Below, one piece after another: positions 37,560-46,653 of a stretch of DNA of 59,735 nucleotides; the stretch's first letter is position 1, and every line of letters begins with the position of its first letter. Made by a program: the position numbers and the translations under genes. The notes beneath the pieces were generated by a model that was not told the origin of the DNA, ran no database searches, and saw only the letters and a list, made by a program, of their open reading frames with translations. Origin of the DNA: an uncultured Clostridia bacterium (lineage in GTDB: Bacteria > Bacillota > Clostridia > Christensenellales > Borkfalkiaceae); assembly GCA_944368635.1 (NCBI GenBank), contig CALVXA010000001.1, forward strand, positions 1-59,735. The letters run 5' to 3'.

Positions 37560-37588
37560 TTGCAATGACTGACAATCAGTGATATAAT
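37560..37588 (+). promoter_or_regulatory. Consensus-like sigma-A promoter abutting an ATG
   Basis: TTGCAA (37560-37565), 17 nt, TATAAT (37583-37588). The spacer holds the small palindrome ACTGA-caa-TCAGT. The ATG at 37594 is 5 nt past the -10. Confidence 0.6.
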
Positions 37589-37593
37589 TTTAA

Positions 37594-38610
37594 ATGAAGA
37601 GGCGCGCGACGGGCAAAGCCGCAACTGCCTGTGCGCGCGGCGGGCTGAGTATGCAAGAAAAAACGTGTGCTTTTAGTGAAATTTATTACCCTTCATGCGA
37701 CGGCAGGACTAATATTCACGCCTGTATATGGCAGCCGACGGACGGAATACGCGCGGCGGTTCAGATAGTGCACGGCATGGCGGAATATGCCAAAAGGTAC
37801 GACGATTTCGCGCGCTATCTCGCAGGGCGCGGAGTGCTTGTGTTTGCGCAGGACCACCTGGGTCACGGCAAGTCGGTAACTTCGCCCGACAAGGTCGGCT
37901 ATTTCGCCGCCGAAAGGGGGTGTATGCCCCTCATACGCGATATCAGGACGCTTGCGGAGAACGTAAAAAGCCGCTTCCCGGATGTGCCGTATTTCATGTT
38001 CGGCCATTCCATGGGTTCATTCCTGTGCCGCAATTACATCTCGCTCTACGGGCGGGAGCTTGCGGGTGCGGTGATTATGGGAACGGGGTTCAAAGGTTCC
38101 GCCACAGTGTCGGCAGGCAAGGCGCTGTGTACGCTGGCGGCTGCGTTCCGCGGCTGGTCATACCGTCCGCCGCTCATTGAAAAAATTGCATTCATGGGCT
38201 ATAATTCCAGGTTCGGCAGCAGGACGAGATTTGACTGGCTGTCTTCCCGCAGGGAAAATGTGGACGCGTACATTGCCGACGATATGTGCGGCATACCCTT
38301 TACCTGCAACGGCTTTTACGGGCTGTTCGACGCAATAGGCAAGTGCTGTGCGCGCAGGACCATGGCGGCAACGCCCGACAACCTTCCACTTTTCGTCCTG
38401 TCGGGCAGCGACGACCCCGTGGGCGATTACGGCAAGGGGGTCAGAAAGGTGTGCGACATATACCGCAGAATGGGCAAAGACGTGCAGATGAAGCTTTATG
38501 AAGGCTGCAGACACGAACTGCTGTCAGAATTCTGCGCGGATGACGTCATGGGTGACATATATGACTTTATCTGCCGCCACTCGGGCGGGGAAGGCGGTGC
38601 AGAGTGCTGA
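37594..38610 (+). CDS. Alpha/beta hydrolase (lysophospholipase / monoacylglycerol lipase-like)
   Basis: GHSMGS nucleophile elbow and HG oxyanion motif. The start is ambiguous: either a leaderless ATG at 37594 or an internal ATG at 37651 (MQEKTCAF). Confidence 0.8.
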   Translation: MKRRATGKAATACARGGLSMQEKTCAFSEIYYPSCDGRTNIHACIWQPTDGIRAAVQIVHGMAEYAKRYDDFARYLAGRGVLVFAQDHLGHGKSVTSPDKVGYFAAERGCMPLIRDIRTLAENVKSRFPDVPYFMFGHSMGSFLCRNYISLYGRELAGAVIMGTGFKGSATVSAGKALCTLAAAFRGWSYRPPLIEKIAFMGYNSRFGSRTRFDWLSSRRENVDAYIADDMCGIPFTCNGFYGLFDAIGKCCARRTMAATPDNLPLFVLSGSDDPVGDYGKGVRKVCDIYRRMGKDVQMKLYEGCRHELLSEFCADDVMGDIYDFICRHSGGEGGAEC

Positions 38611-39362
38611 TCAAGGAGTACATAAAACTCCCCGCGCTTTCGGGCGAGGCGGAGAGAAGGGTATATTACTATCTTCCCGACGACCATGCAGAGGGACAAA
38701 GGTATCCCGTTCTGTATATGTTCGACGGACACAATCTCTTTTACGATAGTGACGCAACCTACGGCAGAAGCTGGCGGCTGGGGGAGTACCTTCAGCGTAC
38801 GGGGGCAAAGGTGATAGTTGTCGGGGTGGAGTGCAACCACGCGGGCAACAGGCGGCTTTGCGAGTATTCGCCCGTGGACTTTACCTTCCGCGGTGAGACC
38901 ATAAAGGGCGACGGCGACATATATATGCGCTGGCTCACGGAGGAATTGAAACCCCGCACCGACGACAGATTTCCCACCCTTGCGGACAGGGCGCACACCT
39001 CAATCGGCGGCAGTTCCATGGGCGGACTTATGTCGCTGTATGCGGTCACCGAGTACAACGATGTGTTCTCCGGCGCGGCAGCGCTTTCGCCCAGCCTGTT
39101 CATGTTCGGGAACAGGGTGCCTTACTTTATAGGTCAGGCCTGTCTTGCGCAGGATACCAGGATATTTGCCTCCTTCGGCACGAGGGAGTTTCCGCGCAAC
39201 TCCGTGCACGTGGCGCGCTTTTTAAAGACTGTCGAAGAGCTCAAGCAAAAGGGTGCGTGTGTGACGGTTAAGGTAACGCAGGGCGGCACCCACAGCGAGC
39301 AGACGTGGGAAGGCGAAATACCCTTCTTCATGCAGGCGCTGGGGCTTTGCGACGGGCAATAA
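38604..39362 (+). CDS. Esterase family alpha/beta hydrolase (PF00756-like)
   Basis: GGSSMGG nucleophile motif and YPVLYMFDGHN block. GTG start overlaps the upstream stop. Confidence 0.8.
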   Translation: MLIKEYIKLPALSGEAERRVYYYLPDDHAEGQRYPVLYMFDGHNLFYDSDATYGRSWRLGEYLQRTGAKVIVVGVECNHAGNRRLCEYSPVDFTFRGETIKGDGDIYMRWLTEELKPRTDDRFPTLADRAHTSIGGSSMGGLMSLYAVTEYNDVFSGAAALSPSLFMFGNRVPYFIGQACLAQDTRIFASFGTREFPRNSVHVARFLKTVEELKQKGACVTVKVTQGGTHSEQTWEGEIPFFMQALGLCDGQ

Positions 39363-39430
39363 CCGTGGCGAAGGCTTGCACGGCAGTTGCGTCTGATTTT
39401 TACGAAAGTTCTTTTAAAGGATGTACAGAT

Positions 39431-40618
39431 ATGAAAAATTTTGTGTTTATTTCACCTAATTTCCCCGAAACGTACTGGCGTTTCTGCAGGGGACTTAAGG
39501 ACAACGGCTTCAATGTGCTCGGCATAGGCGACGCGCCCTATAGCGAGCTTGCCGAACCGCTTAAAAGAAGCCTTACGGAGTACTACAAGGTCTCCTCTCT
39601 GGAAAACTTTGACGAGGTTTACCGCGCCGTCGCATTCTTTACGTTCCGTTACGGCAAGATAGACTGGCTGGAAAGCAACAACGAATACTGGCTGGAAAGG
39701 GACGCCATGCTCCGCACGGAGTTCAACATAGCCACGGGCTTCAAGGTAAAGGATATGCCCAAGGTAAAGTTCAAGTCCAAGATGAAGGCCTGCTACAGAA
39801 AGGCGGGCGTAAAGGTCGCCAAGTACTGTACGGTGAAAAGCCTGTCCGCCTGCAAGCGTCTCATTTCGCAGGTTGGCTATCCCGTAATCGTAAAGCCCGA
39901 CAACGGAGTAGGGGCAAACGATACATACAAGATACACAACGAGGAGGAGCTTAAGGCATTCCTCGCGACCAAGCCCTCCGTGCCCTATATCATGGAGGAA
40001 TATATAGAGGGCGAAGTCAACTCCTACGACGCCATAGTCAACAGCAAGGGCGAACCCATCTTCGAGACGGGCAACGTGACCCCCTGCTCGCTCATGGACG
40101 TGGTCAACAACTCCGACAATTCCGTATTTTACATCGTAAACAAGCCCTTCGACGACGTGCGCGACGCAGGCAGAAGGGTGCTTAAGGCGTTCGGCGTGAA
40201 GAGCCGTTTCATCCACTTTGAATTTTTCCGTCTTACAAAGGACCAGAGGATAGGCAAGAAGGGCGAAGTTGTTGCGCTGGAAGTGAATATGCGCCCTTCG
40301 GGCGGCATTTCGCCGGACATGATGAACTTTGCCAACTCCACCGACGTTTACAGGATATGGGCGGATATGATTGCTTACGACAGCACGCTCAAGACCTGCG
40401 GCGAAAAGTATTACTGCGTATTCGTCGGCCGCAGGGAGGGCAGGGATTACAGGTACTCCGAGCAGGACATCGTCTATAAGTACGGCGGGCACATAAGGCT
40501 GCTTGGCAAAGTTCCCAAGGCGCTTTCTGCCGCCATGTCGGACTTTATGTACATTGCCACGTTTGAAGACAAGGGCGGAATGGACGAATTTATTGCGGAC
40601 GTCGTTGCGCCTGTCTGA
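39431..40618 (+). CDS. ATP-grasp domain protein of unknown substrate
   Basis: ATP-grasp blocks (YPVIVKPDNGVGA, MEEYIEGE, ALEVNMRPSGG). Start at MKNFVF follows AAGGA. Confidence 0.75.
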   Translation: MKNFVFISPNFPETYWRFCRGLKDNGFNVLGIGDAPYSELAEPLKRSLTEYYKVSSLENFDEVYRAVAFFTFRYGKIDWLESNNEYWLERDAMLRTEFNIATGFKVKDMPKVKFKSKMKACYRKAGVKVAKYCTVKSLSACKRLISQVGYPVIVKPDNGVGANDTYKIHNEEELKAFLATKPSVPYIMEEYIEGEVNSYDAIVNSKGEPIFETGNVTPCSLMDVVNNSDNSVFYIVNKPFDDVRDAGRRVLKAFGVKSRFIHFEFFRLTKDQRIGKKGEVVALEVNMRPSGGISPDMMNFANSTDVYRIWADMIAYDSTLKTCGEKYYCVFVGRREGRDYRYSEQDIVYKYGGHIRLLGKVPKALSAAMSDFMYIATFEDKGGMDEFIADVVAPV

Positions 40619-40769
40619 TATCTGAACGGTTCTGACACCTGCATTTATCCGTAATGCCCGCGAAAGGGCTTATTGCCTGCGCAGACATTGCGCCGCGAAG
40701 ACAAAAATGTCAAATATTTTTCCGTCGCTCCGCGCGGCGGAATTTTTTTGCCATAAAAACATATGAGGC

Positions 40770-40798
40770 TTGAAAAATACTGTCCGCTGTGCTATAAT
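40770..40798 (+). promoter_or_regulatory. Consensus sigma-A promoter with extended -10
   Basis: TTGAAA (40770-40775), 17 nt, (TGC)TATAAT (40793-40798). About 155-nt leader before the ATG at 40958. Confidence 0.7.
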
Positions 40799-40957
40799 GT
40801 AAAGGTAATATATTGCGGTATGACGGCTGTATATTATGGGTGTTTTTATGTATAACCGAGCTTATGTGCTTACGTGCGTGTGCATGGCGTGCGGCGCATG
40901 GCATATTAAAGTATAAGGCGCAGTCTGTCTGCGGATTAAGCTTACGGAGGGTTAAAA

Positions 40958-41296
40958 ATGGAGTGCAGAATATGCGGAACAAGGTTTGAAGGGGAAGTTT
41001 GTCCTTTCTGCGGCACAAAAGTCGAAGTGCCTGTCAGCAACGTGTCATATATCATAGAAAAGCCCAAAAATCCCCAGGCGCTGAAGCGGAAGTACATAGA
41101 AGCTCTTGCGAAGCAGGAGAAAGATTCAGACACGGACTTTTACCGCTATGCGACTGACCCTGAGAACATAGTCATCAACGAAAAGATAATATGCGATGTG
41201 GTCGTGAAGGCGGACGTACAGATTACAATGGACTATAAAAAGTTGGGGTTCGAGACGCGCACCAAGGAAGGGATACGAGGTGGAAGCCCGCTCTGA
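40958..41296 (+). CDS. Zinc-ribbon protein, hypothetical
   Basis: CRICG...CPFCG at the N-terminus. GGAGGG RBS. May be the 5' part of a frameshifted longer gene. Confidence 0.6.
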   Translation: MECRICGTRFEGEVCPFCGTKVEVPVSNVSYIIEKPKNPQALKRKYIEALAKQEKDSDTDFYRYATDPENIVINEKIICDVVVKADVQITMDYKKLGFETRTKEGIRGGSPL

Positions 41297-41876
41297 CAAA
41301 CTTTATGTTTCGCCTGAAAGGGAAACCTTGTCAAGTTGGGATAAATACAGCCGCGATTTCCGCTTTCAGACAGAAAAATACTACCACTATGTAAAGTATT
41401 CCGACTATGGCGAAGGTTATATAACAGAAGTCCGCGATATGAAGATTGACCCTGAAAGGTTTGCCAGGCTCGATGAAAATGCCGACAAAGCTTTAATAGA
41501 CGATTGTATGCGCAGCGCGGGTCTGAAAGGATTGTCCAAATTGCGTTCCGACATTGCGGAAAAGCTTACGTCTGTTTCTACATATGCCGGAGGCGATGAA
41601 GAAAAGCGAATGAAAGAGGCGATAGGTACGAACAAGGAGTTGTACAAAGCCTTTTCCATACGCGAGGTCAGGCTGGTCAATTCCCCGTTTGACACAAAAA
41701 ACGGCGTCTTCATTGTCTTCCGCCGCGAATATGAAGTCGGGGTTGAATACGAGGGCGTTAAGTACATGAACAGGTACAAGGGTGAGTTCGGAGACATAGA
41801 AGTAAAATATTGCGAAAGAGCCGCCCGCGAAAAAGAGCAAATGGAAAGGCGAATCAGACGCGAACTTGCTATGTAG
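41280..41876 (+). CDS. Hypothetical cytoplasmic protein ending in a basic juxtamembrane-like tail
   Basis: GTG start follows AAGGAAGGG. 17-nt overlap with the upstream ORF. Ends RRIRRELAM then TAG. The same frame continues open into a TM-rich segment. Confidence 0.55.
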   Translation: MEARSDKLYVSPERETLSSWDKYSRDFRFQTEKYYHYVKYSDYGEGYITEVRDMKIDPERFARLDENADKALIDDCMRSAGLKGLSKLRSDIAEKLTSVSTYAGGDEEKRMKEAIGTNKELYKAFSIREVRLVNSPFDTKNGVFIVFRREYEVGVEYEGVKYMNRYKGEFGDIEVKYCERAAREKEQMERRIRRELAM

Positions 41877-41906
41877 AATATTCTCGGGATTCTGAGCTTT
41901 GTACTC

Positions 41907-42179
41907 GTGCAGGGAATAAGCATAGCGATATTCATAGTCAACGCCAGACTGAGCGGACAGATAGAAACCTCAGAAAAGTTTGTGGAAGATTGGATGAGCG
42001 CGTTGGTCGATTACCCGAATACTTTTGTGGCGCTTGTCCCGTGGATTGCCATGTGCATCACATTCTTGGGGTACAAGATAGATTTCTTTGAAACGCTGCG
42101 TTACTACATAATAGCGTTGGTTGTCACGATAATTTATACCGCAGTACAGGGCGGACTGATGCTGTATATCCTCATGTGA
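41907..42179 (+). CDS. Small membrane protein (three TM segments if extended upstream to 41877)
   Basis: Same frame as 41280..41876. The first hydrophobic helix (ILGILSFVLVQGISIAIFIV) begins directly after the TAG at 41874-41876, upstream of the tracked GTG. Confidence 0.5.
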   Translation: MQGISIAIFIVNARLSGQIETSEKFVEDWMSALVDYPNTFVALVPWIAMCITFLGYKIDFFETLRYYIIALVVTIIYTAVQGGLMLYILM

Positions 42180-42267
42180 CATGAACAAGGCGGGCAATTT
42201 CGGACCTGCAAATAATGTAACGCTGCATACGCACAGTTACAGCGTAAAAGTTAAGTAATAATATCTT

Positions 42268-42303
42268 AAAGTCGGACGGATTTCTTTGCCGCCCGACTTT
42301 TTG
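42268..42303 (+). terminator. Rho-independent terminator
   Basis: AAAGTCGGACGG / CCGCCCGACTTT stem followed by TTTG. Confidence 0.75.
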
Positions 42304-42326
42304 TCTGCATAATCGACGCGCCTGCA

Positions 42327-42355
42327 TCATATTCTATTAAACGTAACACATAAAA
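42327..42355 (+). promoter_or_regulatory. Candidate sigma-E-type (mother-cell) promoter for spoIVA
   Basis: TCATATT (42327-42333), 15 nt, CATAAAAG (42349-). Resembles the kmATATT / CATACAhT consensus known for B. subtilis sigma-E. Confidence 0.4.
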
Positions 42356-42387
42356 GTGCAAAAAAATATTTACGCGGAGGCGGCACA

Positions 42388-43860
42388 ATGCAGCAAAGCA
42401 ACATTTACGAGGATATTGCGTCAAGGAGCGGAGGCGACATTTACATAGGGGTTGTGGGTCCCGTGCGCACGGGCAAGTCTACGCTCATAAAGAGATTTAT
42501 GACCGAACTCGTCCTTCCAAATCACGACGGCACAAATCTCGGCGAGATGATAGACGAACTCCCCCAGTCTGCCTCCGGCAGGACTGTAATGACCACCGAA
42601 CCCAAGTTCATTCCCGCAAAGGGAGTGGAGATAGACGTGGGCAACGCCAAGGCGCGCGTGCGCCTTATCGATTGCGTCGGTTTTCCCGTGGAAGGGGCGA
42701 CGGGGTTCGAGGAGGAGGGTAAACCCCGCCTTGTAAGAACTATGTGGAGCGAGACGCCCCTGCCCTTCACACAGGCGGCGGAACTTGGCACGCAGAAGGT
42801 AATACGGGAACATTCCACCATAGGTCTTGTGGTGACGACCGACGGCAGCATCACGGGCATAGACAGGGAGGCGTACGTCGCCGCAGAGGAGCGCACCGTG
42901 CGCGAACTCAAGGGCATAGGTAAGCCCTTTGCAATTGTCCTCAACTGCGTCAATCCCGACTCCGAAGGTGCAAAGGCGCTCCGCAAATCGCTTGAAGAAA
43001 AGTACGACTGCGCAGTAGTCGCCACTGATTGCGAGAATGCGGGCAGGCAGGAGCTGGAAAGCGTACTCCGCGCGGTGCTTTTCGAGTTCCCCGTCACGGG
43101 CATAGATGTAAACATTCCCGACTGGATGCGCGTGATGCCCGTTTCAAGCGAGGCGATAGGCGAACTTATTCAGGGCGTGCGCACGGCGGCGCAGGGCGTG
43201 AGGGTAATGCGGCAATGCTCGGCATTCGATGCCATCTTCCCGCAGAGCGAGATATGGCAGACGGGTGCGGAGGTCAACCTTTCGCCCGCAACGGGCAGGG
43301 CGCGGGTAACTGTGCGCCTGCGCGACGGCGTGTTCTTCAAAATGCTTTCCCAGACGGCGGGAGAGGAGATAGCCGACGAATGTGCGCTCATGGAATACAT
43401 ATCCTCGGCTTCTCGCGCAAAAAAGGGCTATGACAAGGTCAAGGACGCGCTGGAGTGCGCCCGCGTTACGGGCTACGGCATAGTCAGACCTGATGACGAG
43501 GACCTCACCCTCGAACAGCCCAAAATGATAAGGCAGGGCGGAAACGTGGGCATAAAGCTGCGCGCAACCGCTCCGAGCTACCATGTGGTCAAGGTGGACG
43601 TGTGCGGCGAGGTAAGTCCCATTATGGGCAATGCCTCCCAGAGCGAGGAGATGGTCAACGGCATAATGAAGGGTTTTGAAGTCGACCCCCAGACCACCTG
43701 GAACACAAGCCTTTTCGGCAAGTCGCTGCGCAGCATGGTAAAGGAAGGGCTGGAAGGCAAGGTGGGTTCCATGCAGGAGGACACGCGCAATAAAATGCGC
43801 CGCGCGATAACGCGCATCGTAAACGAGGGCAAGGGCGGAGTGATCTGCATACTGCTCTGA
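42388..43860 (+). CDS. spoIVA: Stage IV sporulation protein A (spore coat morphogenetic ATPase)
   Basis: Characteristic N-terminus IYEDIASRSGGDIYIGVVGPVRTGKSTLIKRFM. 490 aa with a conserved C-terminal GGVICILL-type end. Confidence 0.95.
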   Translation: MQQSNIYEDIASRSGGDIYIGVVGPVRTGKSTLIKRFMTELVLPNHDGTNLGEMIDELPQSASGRTVMTTEPKFIPAKGVEIDVGNAKARVRLIDCVGFPVEGATGFEEEGKPRLVRTMWSETPLPFTQAAELGTQKVIREHSTIGLVVTTDGSITGIDREAYVAAEERTVRELKGIGKPFAIVLNCVNPDSEGAKALRKSLEEKYDCAVVATDCENAGRQELESVLRAVLFEFPVTGIDVNIPDWMRVMPVSSEAIGELIQGVRTAAQGVRVMRQCSAFDAIFPQSEIWQTGAEVNLSPATGRARVTVRLRDGVFFKMLSQTAGEEIADECALMEYISSASRAKKGYDKVKDALECARVTGYGIVRPDDEDLTLEQPKMIRQGGNVGIKLRATAPSYHVVKVDVCGEVSPIMGNASQSEEMVNGIMKGFEVDPQTTWNTSLFGKSLRSMVKEGLEGKVGSMQEDTRNKMRRAITRIVNEGKGGVICILL

Positions 43861-43893
43861 CGGCATAAGAGATTTCATTCGGTGCGGAACAGA

Positions 43894-43929
43894 GAAAGGG
43901 GGGGAAGACCTGTGTCTTTCCCCCCTTCG
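43894..43929. terminator. Bidirectional stem-loop terminator
   Basis: GAAAGGGGGGGAAGAC / GTCTTTCCCCCCTTC stem between convergent genes. Confidence 0.75.
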
Positions 43930-43952
43930 TCACTCAATCGGCGCGTTGGTTT

Positions 43953-44138
43953 TCAGTCTTTGCCGCCTTCGGACGGAATTGACTGTGCGCCTTGTCCGCA
44001 AACCTTTCTTACGTTTTCCGCGGCGGTCTTTTCGCCCCTGCCCGCGGAGTCAGACTGCAATGTTTGCCCCTTCAGGGCGGCAATGTATTGGTCGTACTGC
44101 TCGTCCGTCAGCTTTCTCATCCTGTGCTTGCTGCTCAT
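43953..44138 (-). CDS. Hypothetical small hydrophilic protein (61 aa), possibly forespore-expressed
   Basis: Strong RBS (GGAGG 8 nt before the ATG), terminator downstream, sigma-G-like promoter upstream. Confidence 0.6.
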   Translation of the reverse strand: MSSKHRMRKLTDEQYDQYIAALKGQTLQSDSAGRGEKTAAENVRKVCGQGAQSIPSEGGKD

Positions 44139-44165
44139 AGATAACCTCCGTTATTGCCAGTATTT

Positions 44166-44195
44166 CATTATGCGCACGGCTGGCAGTTTTTATTC
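44166..44195 (-). promoter_or_regulatory. Candidate sigma-G/F-type (forespore) promoter
   Basis: On the minus strand: GAATA (44195-44191), 18 nt, CATAATG (44172-44166). Compare the B. subtilis gHATR / CAtXHTA consensus. Confidence 0.35.
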
Positions 44196-44312
44196 GCTTC
44201 AGACCCGTGCCGCACGCAAAAAGCAGGGGAAGGCCTTCCTTCTGAAAGTCTCCCCCCGCCGCAACGGAATGTAATATAATTGTCTGCCGCGTAAAATATT
44301 TCCGCGTTGACG

Positions 44313-45467
44313 TCAGATTATCCTCACGCGGATTACGCCGTCAATGGCGGAAATGTCCGCCATGAGCGATTCGTCCGCGGCGCTGTCTGTATCGATTATG
44401 CAGTAGGCGTATTCGCCCTTTGACTTGTCGGTCATGTTGGCTATGTTCAGTCCCTTTGCGGAAACTGCCGCGGCGAACTGCGCAATCATGTTCGCCACGT
44501 TCCTGTGGTGAATACATATTCTCGAACTGCCTTCCCTTCTTGCGCACACTTCAGGGTAATTTACGCTGTTCACTATGTTGCCGTTGTCGATATAGTCCTT
44601 AAGCTGCCTTGCAGCCATCACGGCGCAGTTGTCCTCCGCTTCGGGAGTACTTGCCCCGAGGTGAGGCACGCATATCGCGTTTTTAACCCCTATCAGCAAA
44701 GCGTCGGGGAAGTCGGTGATATATCTGCCCAGCTTGCCGCTCTCCAGCGCTTGCTTCACGGCGGGTACGTCGGCAAGTTCGCCCCTGGAATTGTTTATCA
44801 GCACCGCTCCGTCCTTCATTTTTGTAATCGTATCGGAATTGAACATTGCGCGTGTCTCGGCATTGAGCGGCACGTGTACGGTTATAAAGTCGGCGGCGGC
44901 GTAGACTTCTTCGCGCGAGGGGACTACGCTTACCGAGGGGTTGAGCATGAGCGCGTTTGCCGTAGACAGGAAGGGGTCTGTGCCGACTACCTTCATGCCC
45001 AGCGCGCAGGCGGCGTTGGCGACAGCTATGCCAATCGCGCCCAATCCTATAACGCCCAGCGTTTTGCCGAGTATTTCCCTGCCGACAAAGGAGGACTTGC
45101 CCTTTTCGACAAGTTTGGACAAATTGGGCTCATCCTTTATGCTCTTCACCCATTCTATGGCGTCTATAATCTTTCTGCCGCCCAGGAACAGCTCGCACAA
45201 TACAAGCTCCTTTACGGCATTGGCGTTGGCGCCGGGGGTATTGAAGACGACTATGCCCTTTTCGGCGTATGCCGACACGGGTATGTTGTTCGTTCCCGCG
45301 CCCGCACGCGCCACGGCAAGCAGCCTGTCGCCCGTCTTGTAGTCGGCCATTGCCGCCGAACGCACCATTATTCCGTCGGGATCGGCAACGGCGTCTCCGT
45401 ATTCGCAGCCGCTGAAAATGTCGTCGGCAAGCTTGCTTATGGAATTGAGTTTGAGTATTGCCGTCAT
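44313..45467 (-). CDS. serA: D-3-phosphoglycerate dehydrogenase with a C-terminal ACT domain
   Basis: NAD-binding GLGAIGIAVA. 2-hydroxyacid dehydrogenase catalytic blocks. ACT-like tail. Start at MTAILKLN, 1 nt after the serC stop. Confidence 0.9.
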   Translation of the reverse strand: MTAILKLNSISKLADDIFSGCEYGDAVADPDGIMVRSAAMADYKTGDRLLAVARAGAGTNNIPVSAYAEKGIVVFNTPGANANAVKELVLCELFLGGRKIIDAIEWVKSIKDEPNLSKLVEKGKSSFVGREILGKTLGVIGLGAIGIAVANAACALGMKVVGTDPFLSTANALMLNPSVSVVPSREEVYAAADFITVHVPLNAETRAMFNSDTITKMKDGAVLINNSRGELADVPAVKQALESGKLGRYITDFPDALLIGVKNAICVPHLGASTPEAEDNCAVMAARQLKDYIDNGNIVNSVNYPEVCARREGSSRICIHHRNVANMIAQFAAAVSAKGLNIANMTDKSKGEYAYCIIDTDSAADESLMADISAIDGVIRVRII

Positions 45468-45468
45468 A

Positions 45469-46542
45469 TTATCTGTTCTCCGTTTCAAATTTCTTCATGA
45501 ACTCTATCAGCGCCTTTACGCCTTCTTCGGGCATGGCGTTGTATATGGACGCCCTCATGCCGCCGACGAGTCTGTGACCCTTAAGCGACACAAGACCCGC
45601 CTTCTTCGCCTCGGCAACGAACTTGGCGTCCAACTCCTCGCTGCCCGTGACGAAGGGTACGTTCATAATCGAGCGGCAGCTCTTCTCCACATAGTTGTGG
45701 TACAGCGATGAGTTGTCTATAAAGTCGTAAAGCATGGCGGCTTTGCGCTCGTTCACTTCGTTTATTGCCTTCACGCCGCCCTTCTTTTTGAGGTTGCGCA
45801 GCACAAGGCATGCCATATATATGGAAAATGCGGGGGGAGTGTTGTACAGCGAACCGTTTTCGTCCTGTACCTTCCACTTGAGCATTGTGGGGCAGATGTC
45901 AAGCGGCTGCTGAATGAGCGAGCGCTTTGCAATTACGATGGTCACGCCCGCGGGGGCAAGATTTTTCTGCGCGCCCGCATATATTACGCCGAAGGAGGAG
46001 ACGTCTATCTCCCGAGAGAATATGTCGGATGACATATCCGCAACGAGGGGCGCTTCGCATTCGGGGAACTGCACATATCTCGTGCCGAAAATGGTGTTGT
46101 TTGAAGTTATGTGTACATAGTCCGCGCCGACGGTGTAGTCAAGCGTCTTTACGTCGGGGATATATGTGTAATTCTTGTCGGAACTGTCGGCAATCTTGTT
46201 TGCCGTGCCGTAAATACGGCCTTCCTGCCATGCCTTCTTTGCAAAATTGCCCGTAACTATGTAGTCGGCAACCCCGTTGTGCATAAGGTTCAGGGGCACG
46301 GCGGCAAACTGCGTGCTTGCGCCGCCCTGTACGAACAGTACGGCATAGTCCTGCGGTACGTTCAGAAGTTCCCTCACAAGCGACTCTGCTTCGCTGACTA
46401 TGGCCATATATGCCTTATCCCTGTGCGAAATTTCCGTCACGGACATTCCCGTACCCGCAAAATCAAGAAAATCTCTCTGCGCCTCTTCAAGCACTTCTAT
46501 GGGCAGGGTTGAAGGGCCTGCCGCAAAATTGTAAACTCTCAT
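45469..46542 (-). CDS. serC: Phosphoserine aminotransferase
   Basis: MRVYNFAAGPSTLP N-terminus. Class V aminotransferase pattern. Start chosen 7 nt after GAGAGG (alternative ATG at 46545). Confidence 0.92.
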   Translation of the reverse strand: MRVYNFAAGPSTLPIEVLEEAQRDFLDFAGTGMSVTEISHRDKAYMAIVSEAESLVRELLNVPQDYAVLFVQGGASTQFAAVPLNLMHNGVADYIVTGNFAKKAWQEGRIYGTANKIADSSDKNYTYIPDVKTLDYTVGADYVHITSNNTIFGTRYVQFPECEAPLVADMSSDIFSREIDVSSFGVIYAGAQKNLAPAGVTIVIAKRSLIQQPLDICPTMLKWKVQDENGSLYNTPPAFSIYMACLVLRNLKKKGGVKAINEVNERKAAMLYDFIDNSSLYHNYVEKSCRSIMNVPFVTGSEELDAKFVAEAKKAGLVSLKGHRLVGGMRASIYNAMPEEGVKALIEFMKKFETENR

Positions 46543-46653
46543 CATATCACCTCTCACATTATTATTGTATTCCCGCAGGAAGGTCTGTCTGCGTTTTGCA
46601 TAAGCTTTGCATATTGTGCGCCGTTTGCCGCCTTCAATCTGCAATTTAGAATA

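Noticed and set aside
40826-40910. Short Cys-rich upstream ORF (MGVFMYNRAYVLTCVCMACGAWHIKV) in the leader of the zinc-ribbon gene.
   Set aside because: There is no Shine-Dalgarno sequence and it cannot be distinguished from chance in a 155-nt leader. Noted only as something Ribo-seq could reveal.
46594-46614. Direct repeat TATGCAAA-gct-TATGCAAA (minus-strand reading) in the serC leader.
   Set aside because: The repeat is short, with no matching known motif and no T-box or riboswitch features around it. Evidence is insufficient for a call.
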